Part shown: positions 29,126 to 37,899 of the stretch, in pieces | How the letters are laid out: the number at the start of each line of letters is the position of its first letter | Numbering within the stretch: the stretch's first letter is position 1 | Virus record (IMG/VR): IMGVR_UViG_3300030110_003684 | Length of the DNA: 64,000 bases | Strand: one strand, 5' to 3' | Source: an uncultured virus (IMG/VR IMGVR_UViG_3300030110_003684) | Lineage: Duplodnaviria > Heunggongvirae > Uroviricota > Caudoviricetes | Translations under genes and position numbers: made by a program | The notes under the pieces: model-generated | The model's database searches: none | What the model was told of the DNA's origin: nothing | What the model saw: the letters and a program-made list of their open reading frames with translations, nothing else

Positions 29126-30109
29126 ATGTTTGGATATTTTTATAACGAAATTTTGAGGAGGACTATTATATCCTTTGGAACCCTCTTTAATAATATATCG
29201 ATTCAACAGGAAAATTCTGTTGTCAATGTTCCTCTTTCATATGGACCCACTCAAAAGTTTCTGGCGAGAATAGAACAATCCCCAGATTTAAATAAACCAA
29301 CGGCAATTACTTTACCGAGAATGTCGTTTGAATTTATAGGTTTGACTTATGATGCATCTAGAAAAGTAACAACAACTCAACAATTTACAGTAAAAGATCC
29401 AAGCGATAATACAGAAACAAAAAAGGCATTTATGCCGGTTCCTTACAACATGCAATTTGAATTGTCTGTTATGACAAAATTAAATGATGACGCTCTTCAA
29501 ATTGTCGAACAAATTTTACCCTATTTTCAACCAGCATATAACTTAACGGTTGAATTAGTATCAACTATTCAAGAGAAGAAAGATATTCCTGTAGTGCTTG
29601 AAAACATTACTATGGAAGACGATTACGAAGGTGATTTTACCAAAAGAAGAGTTTTACTTTATACTCTTAGATTTACAGCAAAAACATATCTGTTTGGTCC
29701 AGTATCTTCTGCAACGAAAGATATCATCAAGAAAGCAACAGTCAATTATCTTACAGGCACAGATACTTCAAATACAGAGAGAGTGCTTTCGTACTCTGTT
29801 GAACCGAGAGCAATCAAAAACTATACAGGTGATGCTGCTACTAACCTCTCTGATGATGTCACGAAGACTGCCAAAACAATTAATGTCGATAGTGCAAGCG
29901 GACTGAATACAAAAACTTATGTTGATTTGAATGGCGAAACAATTTATATTAAATCAATAGATGGAACTAAACTTTCCGTTTTAAGAGGTCAATATAATAC
30001 TGCCGCAGTTACTCACCTTAAGGGAGATGGGGTATTTGTTATTGATTCCTCAGATAATGCATTGATTGAAGAAGGTGATGACTTTGGATTTAGTGGAACA
30101 ATCTCATGA
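29126..30109 (+). CDS. gp15: Tail sheath stabilizer / tail terminator gp15
   Basis: 'YFYNEILRRTIISFGTLFNNI', 'VPLSYGP.QKFLAR', 'LPRMSFE', 'QIVEQILPYFQP'. Confidence 0.93.
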   Translation: MFGYFYNEILRRTIISFGTLFNNISIQQENSVVNVPLSYGPTQKFLARIEQSPDLNKPTAITLPRMSFEFIGLTYDASRKVTTTQQFTVKDPSDNTETKKAFMPVPYNMQFELSVMTKLNDDALQIVEQILPYFQPAYNLTVELVSTIQEKKDIPVVLENITMEDDYEGDFTKRRVLLYTLRFTAKTYLFGPVSSATKDIIKKATVNYLTGTDTSNTERVLSYSVEPRAIKNYTGDAATNLSDDVTKTAKTINVDSASGLNTKTYVDLNGETIYIKSIDGTKLSVLRGQYNTAAVTHLKGDGVFVIDSSDNALIEEGDDFGFSGTIS

Positions 30110-30516
30110 GTTTTAACGATTTAAATGACACTTTTAATGTTGATGGGGAGATAGTCCCATCAACTGATAGAAAACTTAAAAAGATCACATCTCAAGTTGA
30201 TGATATCAAAAAAGATTATGACTATACTAGAGGTAATCTTTATTCTATAATTGAAAAAGGGCAAGAGGCAATAAATGGTATTCTTGAACTTGCACAAGAA
30301 TCAGATCAACCTCGTGCGTATGAAGTTGCTGGACAGTTAATAAAAAGTGTATCAGATGCAACTGATAAACTAATGGATCTTCAAAAGAAACTTAAAGATG
30401 TTGGAGAGGATAAACAAGTGCGTGGTCCATCTACTGTAAATAATGCACTATTCGTTGGATCAACTGCAGATTTAGCAAAAATGTTGAAGGACGGACTTAA
30501 AGAAGAACCTAAATAA
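30106..30516 (+). CDS. gp16: Terminase small subunit gp16
   Basis: 'DYDYTRGNLY..IEKGQEAI', 'PRAYEVAGQLIK', 'NNALFVGST.DL'. Confidence 0.92.
   Translation: MSFNDLNDTFNVDGEIVPSTDRKLKKITSQVDDIKKDYDYTRGNLYSIIEKGQEAINGILELAQESDQPRAYEVAGQLIKSVSDATDKLMDLQKKLKDVGEDKQVRGPSTVNNALFVGSTADLAKMLKDGLKEEPK
30509..30515 (+). promoter_or_regulatory. T4-like late promoter
   Basis: CTAAATA at the end of gp16, upstream of the 702-aa ORF. Confidence 0.55.
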
Positions 30517-30557
30517 AAAAGGGAGAGAAATCCCGAAGTATAAAAGTTACTAATAAA

Positions 30558-32666
30558 ATGTCGAACAAGGATTTACCTTCGATTGATGAGTTTACTGAAG
30601 ATTCAAGTAACCTTCCATCAATTAATGAATTTATTACAGAGGAAGTGCAAGAGGATTTACCCTCTGTAGAAAATTTTATTGAGAAAGAACAAGAAATAAT
30701 TACAGAACAAACACAAACCATTGAAGATGTAAACGGAGAAACGTTTGCAGAAATTCAAGATATAGTTCCACCTTGGCCAGAGTTGGTCAAAATGGTAAAT
30801 GATATCAGGGCAGATATTCCTGATATTCCAGAAATTAAATATTACGATAAAGAACTTGAGCAGTTAGCTGAACAAATCTCTCAAGTAAGAAATGAGATTC
30901 CAGAAGTTCCTGAAGTAAGATATTATGAGAGTGAAGTTGAAGCAATCTGTGGACAGATTGATTTAGTAAGAGAAGAGATCAAAACTAAAATACAAAATCT
31001 TCCTGAAGTAAAATACTACGACGAACAGGTAGATGTTATTGAAGATAGAATAGATTGCCTTCAAACTGAAGTAACAAATCTTCCTGAAGTAAAGTATTAC
31101 GATGAAGAAATCAAAGCAATATGTGATGCTATTGATACTGTAAAAACGTCTATTCCAGTATTTCCAAAATGGGTTAATGAAATAAATGAAGTACCCGATT
31201 TTTCATGGATTGGTAAAACATTTAGTGTAATTGATGATGACTTTATTAAAGTAAATGATACGATTGATACATTAAAAGAACATGTCAAACTTGACATTAA
31301 GAACTTAGTTGAAGAAAATGAAGTAAAGCATTTTGAAAATAGAATTCAGTTTGGCACCGAAGTAAAAGATCTTGATACTAAATTAGGAGAAGAAAAGGAT
31401 AAAATTTGGAAGGAACTTCGTAGTTCCTCAATGAGAATTTGGGAATATCATAAGGAGTTTAAAGATGATGATAAGAAGTTAAAAAAGCAAGTAAAGAATG
31501 AATATAATTCTCTTAAAAATCAAATTGAAGAGAGACTTGTCAAGTATAATGTTGACAATGTAAAAACTGATGAGTTGCTTCTTAATTACTTTAATGAATT
31601 AAAAGAAGAGGTATCTTCAATTGTAATTCCAGAAGTCAAATATTATGATGATGATATCAAAGGTGTCAAGACAGAATTAAAAGAACTTAAAAATCTTGTA
31701 AAACTTATAAAGGTAGAGCAAAAAGAATTGCAGGAGGGTTTACTGAATGAACCTACGGATGAAAAACAATCAGTAGATGGACAATCTGATCCATTAACTC
31801 CATTAGATAAGCAGTTCCCAAATCTTAAAGCGTTAGCAGATCATTACAGATTATTCATTACTAGAACTCAACAGCAACTTGCTGTAATGGGTGGTGGTGG
31901 TGAAGTTCGTCTTGAATTTCTTGACGATCTTGATAGGGACACAGCATTAGTAGATGGTAAATTTTTAAAATATCAAGCGTCAACTAAAACATTTGTTGGT
32001 GCTGATGCTTCCGGTGAATCTACAAAAACTTTAGATAGTGTTTTAGGTGATGGTAATTCCTCTACAAAAGGAATGTCAGTTGGTATATTAACTGCCACAA
32101 ATGCATTCATCACTGGAGATTTGAATGTAACTGGTGACATTGTATATGATGAGGTTACTGGTAGAAATATAAACATTACAGGTATCGCAACAGCAGCAAC
32201 AATAAATGTTGGCACTGCCACGACGATAGACGGAAGTGGCGTAAATGTCACTGGTATTATTACTGCTACTACTTTTAGTGGAAATATAACGGGTAATGTA
32301 ACTGGTAATGTAACTGGTAATGCCACAGGACTATCTGGGTCACCTGATATTGCAGTTACTAATATAACATCAGGAATAGTAACTGCCACCACTTTTAGTG
32401 GAAATATAACTGGTAATGTAACTGGTAATGCCACAGGATTATCTGGGTCACCTGATATTGCAGTTACTAACATAACAGCGGGAATTGCTACAATATCTTC
32501 TGCACTTTATATTCCACAGTATACAACTACAGAAAGAGATGCAGCAACATTCGCAGAAGGAGCGATTATTTACAATACAACTACTAAAAAAATAAACTTC
32601 TATGATGGAACAACCTTCGTAGAACTACCAGGCGTAACACTTGGACTTGGTATGGGAGTCTTCTAA
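30558..32666 (+). CDS. Hypothetical repeat-rich coiled-coil/fibre-like protein
   Basis: 702 aa; acidic coiled-coil N-terminus with 5 PE[VI][KR]YY[DE] repeats, 'MGGGGEVRL' hinge, Thr/Gly fibre-like C-terminus. Confidence 0.75.
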   Translation: MSNKDLPSIDEFTEDSSNLPSINEFITEEVQEDLPSVENFIEKEQEIITEQTQTIEDVNGETFAEIQDIVPPWPELVKMVNDIRADIPDIPEIKYYDKELEQLAEQISQVRNEIPEVPEVRYYESEVEAICGQIDLVREEIKTKIQNLPEVKYYDEQVDVIEDRIDCLQTEVTNLPEVKYYDEEIKAICDAIDTVKTSIPVFPKWVNEINEVPDFSWIGKTFSVIDDDFIKVNDTIDTLKEHVKLDIKNLVEENEVKHFENRIQFGTEVKDLDTKLGEEKDKIWKELRSSSMRIWEYHKEFKDDDKKLKKQVKNEYNSLKNQIEERLVKYNVDNVKTDELLLNYFNELKEEVSSIVIPEVKYYDDDIKGVKTELKELKNLVKLIKVEQKELQEGLLNEPTDEKQSVDGQSDPLTPLDKQFPNLKALADHYRLFITRTQQQLAVMGGGGEVRLEFLDDLDRDTALVDGKFLKYQASTKTFVGADASGESTKTLDSVLGDGNSSTKGMSVGILTATNAFITGDLNVTGDIVYDEVTGRNINITGIATAATINVGTATTIDGSGVNVTGIITATTFSGNITGNVTGNVTGNATGLSGSPDIAVTNITSGIVTATTFSGNITGNVTGNATGLSGSPDIAVTNITAGIATISSALYIPQYTTTERDAATFAEGAIIYNTTTKKINFYDGTTFVELPGVTLGLGMGVF
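32271..32477 (+). repeat. Tandem direct repeat (period ~120 nt) with internal 12-nt ACTGGTAATGTA units
   Basis: ACTTTTAGTGGAAATATAAC...TCACCTGATATTGCAGTTACTAA occurs at 32271 and 32391; the first copy has one extra TGNV unit. Confidence 0.9.
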
Positions 32667-32794
32667 TGAAATCGTTCAAACAATTTCAAGAGTCTTGGTC
32701 TAATAAATATAAAAAGAGTATTGACTGTTCAAATCCAAAAGGATTCTCACAAAAGGCACATTGTGCTGGACGTAAAAAAAGAGCAAAAAAATGA
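32666..32794 (+). CDS. Small basic protein (42 aa) with capsid-targeting-like N-terminus
   Basis: TAATG coupling upstream and ATGA coupling downstream; MKSFKQFQESWSNKYKKSIDCSNPKGFSQKAHCAGRKKRAKK. Confidence 0.7.
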   Translation: MKSFKQFQESWSNKYKKSIDCSNPKGFSQKAHCAGRKKRAKK

Positions 32795-34746
32795 GCAACC
32801 CCCGTATTCCAAGAAAATCTGGACAACCAGCAAATTCCAAAAAACACTCTGACCTTTATACGGACGAAAATCCTAAAGGAACGATTCATGGACTTGGATT
32901 TAAGGATGTTGCAACTTCTAAAGCATCTGTTTCTAAAATTCGCAATTCATCAAGATCTCATGCTCACAAAATCCAGGCAGCAGTTGCTATGGAACAGAGA
33001 GCAAGAGAAATGGGAAAGACTTCAGAAGCAGCAGTTTATAGAAAATACATTAACTCAATGAAGAAGAAGACTAAAGAAATGAACGAAGAAAAAAAGAACG
33101 GTCGCTGTCCTGAAGGACAATATTACTGTTACACTGATGAAAAGTGTAAACCAATCCCTAAAGGATTCAAAGTAGTTGGTCGTGCTGGAATGCTTCGTAA
33201 AGAAAATGGTCACTCTGTTGACGATACTAAGAAAAATGGTAACGGCAACGGAAATGGTAATGGTAATGGCAACGGAAATGGTAATGGAAATGGTGGAGGA
33301 GTAAGTGAATCGAAAAGTGGTGATTCTTCTCTGCGTGACTGGTTTGGCAAGAGTAAGTCTAGTGATGGCAAGCCTGGTTGGGTTCAACTGGGTGGGAAAT
33401 ACGCTGGAAAACCTTGTGCCAAGCAACCAGGACAAACCACAAAACCAAAGTGTGGTTCATCAAAAATGAAACGCAATCTCTCTAAAGATGAAGAGCAAGC
33501 AGCGTTTCGTAGAAAGAATGCAAAAGATCCAAATCCAAATAGAAAAGGGAAGGCAATCAACGTGAAGACTGAGGAAACTAAAATGAGATCAGTAACCGAA
33601 GTTACAGATTTTGTAACACTACCACTTAATGTTGAGATTCCCAATAATATTAGAGACTTTAACTTAGGTCTCATGTTCCGTGAAAGTTTGGATATAAACA
33701 GTGGAATGCTCTTTATCTTTGAAGAGGTTGCACAGCAGTCATTCCATATGACTGAAACCAGAATTCCTCTTGATATTGCTTTCATTAGAGAGGATGGAAC
33801 AATCGAAAGTATTAAACAATTAGAACCATTGGACGAAAACTCAGTCTTCTCTCAGGGAGAAGTTCTGTGCGCGTTAGAAGTAAATCGTGGATGGTTTGAA
33901 GAAAACAATGTTGAAGTAGGTGACCAAATTGACATAGAGGAAGGCAAGAAAGATGCTTGCTACCATAAAGTCAAATCACGCTACTCTGTTTGGCCAAGTG
34001 CATATGCGTCAGGAGCACTAGTCAAGTGTCGTAAAGTTGGTGCTGCCAACTGGGGAAATAAATCTAAGACTAAGAAAGAAGAATTTGAAATTGATGAGAA
34101 GTGTTGGGCTGGTTATGAGAAGAAAGGTATGAAGACTATGTTTGGAAAGAGATATCCAAACTGTGTCAAAAAAACCAAGAAAGAAGAAGTTGAACTTATT
34201 GATGAAAAGAAAGGTTGTATGCATAACCATAAAGGTGAAGAGTGTCCGGTACATGGCAATAAAGAATGTCCAGACATAGTTAAAGAGGCAGTAAGAATCC
34301 CCTCTAAGACTGGTAATATTATTGCCGTTGTCCTCAATTGGAGAGGCAAGGGATACATGATTAAAATGTTCTTCCCATCAGTCAAAGTCCCAAGTAGAAA
34401 GGAGATTCAATCTTCGATCGAAACAGTATATCCTGGCGCAAGAGTACAAAGCTACCAGGTATCAGAGTATGAACCAGGGCAACCGGTTCTCCATGCAGAA
34501 GCAGCAGCATGGACAAAAAAATCAGGAAAAAATAAAGAAGGCGGACTTAACGAAAAAGGACGCAAATCTTACGAAAGAGATAATCCAGGATCTGACCTTA
34601 AAGCACCAAGCAAGAAGGTTGGAAATCCCCGTAGAGCGTCATTCTGCGCTCGAATGAAAGGAATGAAAAAGAAATTAACTTCTGCTAAAACTGCAAGAGA
34701 TCCAGACAGCAGAATCAATAAATCATTGCGTGCTTGGAACTGTTGA
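32791..34746 (+). CDS. Mosaic multi-module basic/Cys-rich protein containing a DUF192-like domain; putative internal head polyprotein
   Basis: 651 aa; DUF192-like 'GLMFRESL....GMLFIF......FHM..TRIPLDIAFI...LEVNRG'; several small Cys-containing basic modules; (NG)n linker. Confidence 0.75.
   Translation: MSNPRIPRKSGQPANSKKHSDLYTDENPKGTIHGLGFKDVATSKASVSKIRNSSRSHAHKIQAAVAMEQRAREMGKTSEAAVYRKYINSMKKKTKEMNEEKKNGRCPEGQYYCYTDEKCKPIPKGFKVVGRAGMLRKENGHSVDDTKKNGNGNGNGNGNGNGNGNGNGGGVSESKSGDSSLRDWFGKSKSSDGKPGWVQLGGKYAGKPCAKQPGQTTKPKCGSSKMKRNLSKDEEQAAFRRKNAKDPNPNRKGKAINVKTEETKMRSVTEVTDFVTLPLNVEIPNNIRDFNLGLMFRESLDINSGMLFIFEEVAQQSFHMTETRIPLDIAFIREDGTIESIKQLEPLDENSVFSQGEVLCALEVNRGWFEENNVEVGDQIDIEEGKKDACYHKVKSRYSVWPSAYASGALVKCRKVGAANWGNKSKTKKEEFEIDEKCWAGYEKKGMKTMFGKRYPNCVKKTKKEEVELIDEKKGCMHNHKGEECPVHGNKECPDIVKEAVRIPSKTGNIIAVVLNWRGKGYMIKMFFPSVKVPSRKEIQSSIETVYPGARVQSYQVSEYEPGQPVLHAEAAAWTKKSGKNKEGGLNEKGRKSYERDNPGSDLKAPSKKVGNPRRASFCARMKGMKKKLTSAKTARDPDSRINKSLRAWNC
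33235..33294 (+). repeat. Hexanucleotide AAYGGN microsatellite encoding (NG)10
   Basis: aatggtaacggcaacggaaatggtaatggtaatggcaacggaaatggtaatggaaatggt. Confidence 0.9.
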
Positions 34747-34756
34747 GGATTAGTAT

Positions 34757-36403
34757 ATGAGTGAAGTATATCTTGGTAATCCTAATCTAAAAAAAGCAAA
34801 CACATCTATTGAATTTACGGAAGAACAAATCCGCGAATTTTTGAGATGCAAGCAAGATCCTGTTTATTTTGCTAAAAATTATGTAAAGATTGTTTCTCTT
34901 GATGAAGGATTAGTATCTTTTAGTCCATATAACTTTCAAGAAAAATTAATTAATAATTTCCATGAAAATAGATTTAACATCTGTAAAATGCCCCGTCAAA
35001 CTGGCAAAAGTACTACAGTTGTTTCTTATCTTCTTCATTATGCGGTATTCAATGACTCTGTTAATATTGGCATCCTTGCTAACAAAGCAGCGACTGCTAG
35101 AGAACTTCTAGGAAGATTACAGACTGCATATGAAAATTTGCCTAAGTGGATGCAACAAGGTGTGATAGTATGGAACAGAGGATCTTTGGAGTTAGAAAAT
35201 GGCAGTAAGATATTGGCAGCTTCTACGTCTGCAAGTGCTGTCAGAGGCATGTCGTTCAATATCCTATTCCTCGACGAATTCGCGTTCGTTCCAAACCATG
35301 TTGCAGATTCCTTCTTTGCATCTGTTTATCCTACTATTACTTCTGGTAAAAGCACAAAAGTCATCATAGTTTCCACTCCACATGGTATGAATCATTTCTA
35401 CCGTATGTGGCATGATGCGGAAAGATCACAGAATGAATATGTTCCTACTGATGTGCATTGGTCAGAAGTTCCGGGTAGAGATGAAAAGTGGAAAGCAACA
35501 ACCATTGCTAACACATCCGAAGCACAATTTAAAGTTGAGTTTGAGTGTGAGTTTTTAGGATCAGTTGATACATTAATTGCGCCAAGTAAGTTAAGATCAT
35601 TGGTATATGAAAATCCTATTAAACGAAATGCAGGATTGGATGTATATGAGGCACCAAAAGATAAACATGATTATGTGATTACAGTTGACGTAGCAAGAGG
35701 TGTTGGAGCAGATTACTCTGCGTTTGTCTGTGTTGATATTACAGAGTTTCCTCACAGAGTTGTTGCCAAATATAGGAACAACGAAATTAAACCAATGCTA
35801 TTTCCTAATATTATCTACGAAGTAGCAAAAAATTTTAATGAAGCATATATTTTATGTGAGGTAAATGATATTGGGGATCAGGTTGCAAGTATCATACAAT
35901 ATGACTTAGAATATCAAAACCTACTAATGTGTTCAATGAGAGGTAGAGCAGGTCAAATTGTGGGACAAGGATTTTCTGGTAAGAAAACTCAACTTGGAGT
36001 TAAGATGTCCAAGACTGTAAAGAAAGTTGGATCTCTTAATTTAAAAACTTTAATTGAAGAAAACAAACTTATCTTCTCTGATTATGAGATAATCTCTGAG
36101 TTAACAACATTCATCTCAAAAAGCAATTCTTTTGAGGCAGAAGAAGGATGTAATGATGACTTAGCTATGTGTCTTGTCATCTACGCTTGGTTAGTCCAAA
36201 TGGACTACTTTAAAGAATTAACTGATCAGGATGTAAGAAAAAGATTATATGATGAACAAAAAAATCAAATTGAACAAGACATGGCACCATTTGGTTTTAT
36301 GACAGATGGATTAGATGATGATAGTTTTACAGATGATGAGGGAGATAGATGGTTTAAAGCAGATGAATATGGAGATAGATCTTTTATGTGGGAATATAGA
36401 TAA
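34757..36403 (+). CDS. gp17: Terminase large subunit gp17
   Basis: 'YLGNPNLK', Walker A 'PRQTGKST', Walker B 'ILFLDEFAF', 'IVSTPHG', nuclease 'VDVARG' and 'NDDLAM'. Confidence 0.97.
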   Translation: MSEVYLGNPNLKKANTSIEFTEEQIREFLRCKQDPVYFAKNYVKIVSLDEGLVSFSPYNFQEKLINNFHENRFNICKMPRQTGKSTTVVSYLLHYAVFNDSVNIGILANKAATARELLGRLQTAYENLPKWMQQGVIVWNRGSLELENGSKILAASTSASAVRGMSFNILFLDEFAFVPNHVADSFFASVYPTITSGKSTKVIIVSTPHGMNHFYRMWHDAERSQNEYVPTDVHWSEVPGRDEKWKATTIANTSEAQFKVEFECEFLGSVDTLIAPSKLRSLVYENPIKRNAGLDVYEAPKDKHDYVITVDVARGVGADYSAFVCVDITEFPHRVVAKYRNNEIKPMLFPNIIYEVAKNFNEAYILCEVNDIGDQVASIIQYDLEYQNLLMCSMRGRAGQIVGQGFSGKKTQLGVKMSKTVKKVGSLNLKTLIEENKLIFSDYEIISELTTFISKSNSFEAEEGCNDDLAMCLVIYAWLVQMDYFKELTDQDVRKRLYDEQKNQIEQDMAPFGFMTDGLDDDSFTDDEGDRWFKADEYGDRSFMWEYR

Positions 36404-36673
36404 ATGAAGCATCACATCCCTGATATCATTAGGAAGAATGCATTTGCTTGTTTTGGTAGTTTAAATCAGGCAGAGCGAGCAGTTGTAGTGATGGGTGATG
36501 AAGCATATCGTGAGTCACTAGATCTTGACAACGATAATGCTCCCTGTTGGAAGATTCCAAGTGGAGAACACACCACTTTTGCTGGATGGAATCCTGTATG
36601 TGTTCCTACTATGGACTACATCGTATGGAAATTAAAAAACCGTGAAGGTATTATCAAAGGAGAAATTTACTGA
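36404..36673 (+). CDS. Hypothetical protein
   Basis: 89-aa ORF abutting gp17 and coupled to purM (TGATG). Confidence 0.7.
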   Translation: MKHHIPDIIRKNAFACFGSLNQAERAVVVMGDEAYRESLDLDNDNAPCWKIPSGEHTTFAGWNPVCVPTMDYIVWKLKNREGIIKGEIY

Positions 36674-37611
36674 TGGACTATAAAACTGCTGGAGTTGATA
36701 TTATTAAAGGACGTTCCTTTGTAGAGTATCTAAAGGTATTGGCACCTAATATTGGTGGGTTCAGTGGAATGATGGAAGTTCCATCAGGATATGAGAATCC
36801 AGTACTAGTATCTGGTGCTGATGGTGTTGGAACTAAAATGAATATCTGTGGGATTGTTAATGATTACAACACCATTGGTCAAGACCTTGTTGCTATGTGC
36901 GTCAATGATGTTATATGTTCTGGCGCTAAACCATTATATTTTCTAGACTATATCTCTGCAAAGTCACTTGATTCTAATGTGAGTGATATTGTATATGGAG
37001 TCAATACTGGTTGTGCTATGGCTGGAATTGAATTGATAGGTGGAGAAACTGCAGAGCATTACAGACAAAATGATTATGACCTTGCTGGTTTCTGTACTGG
37101 TATTGTAGAGAAGAACCAGATTGTTGATGGCAGCAATATCAGAGCAGGCGATGTAGTCATTGGTATTGAGAGTAGTGGATTCCATAGTAATGGATATACT
37201 CTTATTAATGATATGTTGTCTAGAGATTTAATCTCCTATGAGGAGATGCCAGAACTGTTGAGACCAACCACCATCTATGCCCGTCTCATTCAGCACCTGT
37301 TGGACGAAGTTCCTATTCTTGGTATGGCGCACATTACAGGCGGAGGACTGCCTGAGAACCTTCCTAGGTGCCTTCCAAAGGGTCTGACTGTTGATGTGGA
37401 TTATGGAGCATGGAATATCCCAGAAATGTTTGAGACCATTCAACTTGCTGGTAATATCTCTGATGATGAGATGAGAAATGTATTCAATCTTGGTATTGGA
37501 TTTTGTTTGGTTGTACCAGAAGAAGTAGTAGAAAATACACGATCTCTCATTTCAGATACTCCATTTGGTATGAGATCTTGGGTTATTGGAGAAGTAAAGA
37601 GTGGATCTTGA
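36673..37611 (+). CDS. purM: Phosphoribosylaminoimidazole (AIR) synthetase
   Basis: 'YKTAGVDI', 'IGGFSG', 'VSGADGVGTK', 'GQDLVAMCVNDV...GAKPLYFLDY', 'GGETAE', 'SSGFHSNGY', 'HITGGGL.EN', 'FNLGIG'. Confidence 0.96.
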   Translation: MDYKTAGVDIIKGRSFVEYLKVLAPNIGGFSGMMEVPSGYENPVLVSGADGVGTKMNICGIVNDYNTIGQDLVAMCVNDVICSGAKPLYFLDYISAKSLDSNVSDIVYGVNTGCAMAGIELIGGETAEHYRQNDYDLAGFCTGIVEKNQIVDGSNIRAGDVVIGIESSGFHSNGYTLINDMLSRDLISYEEMPELLRPTTIYARLIQHLLDEVPILGMAHITGGGLPENLPRCLPKGLTVDVDYGAWNIPEMFETIQLAGNISDDEMRNVFNLGIGFCLVVPEEVVENTRSLISDTPFGMRSWVIGEVKSGS

Positions 37612-37822
37612 TGGTCAAATTAAACTAGGTCACCTTCTTTTACAGGATAGAAAATGTAGAACATGTGGTGTAACTAAAAATTTAATCGATGGATTTTACA
37701 GAACAAGAAAAGATAGAGGACCTGTGGCATCTTCATATTCTTACGAATGTAAAGATTGTACGATAAAGAGAATTATATCAAATAAAAAATCCGATAACAG
37801 ATGGGAATATCCAGATTGGTAA
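37601..37822 (+). CDS. Small zinc-ribbon protein
   Basis: 73 aa, GTG start; CRTC...FY.....YSYECKDC. Confidence 0.7.
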   Translation: MDLDGQIKLGHLLLQDRKCRTCGVTKNLIDGFYRTRKDRGPVASSYSYECKDCTIKRIISNKKSDNRWEYPDW

Positions 37823-37859
37823 TTCACGTCATATTTCCCCTGTGAAAAGTGACTTTTTA

Positions 37860-37866
37860 ATAAATA
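37860..37866 (+). promoter_or_regulatory. T4-like late promoter
   Basis: ATAAATA upstream of gp18, followed by RBS GGAG. Confidence 0.75.
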
Positions 37867-37899
37867 TTTTCAGGTATATGAGACACGGAGAACAAAAAC

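Noticed and set aside
32271..32477. Direct repeats as a possible CRISPR array or DGR template/variable repeat pair
   Set aside because: In-frame coding duplication with two copies, no spacers, differences not adenine-specific, and no cas or reverse transcriptase gene in the window
13666..33785. Many 60-170 aa minus-strand ORFs opposite structural genes
   Set aside because: Shadow frames of Gly/Thr/Val-rich sense genes; no RBS or promoter support and no recognisable motifs
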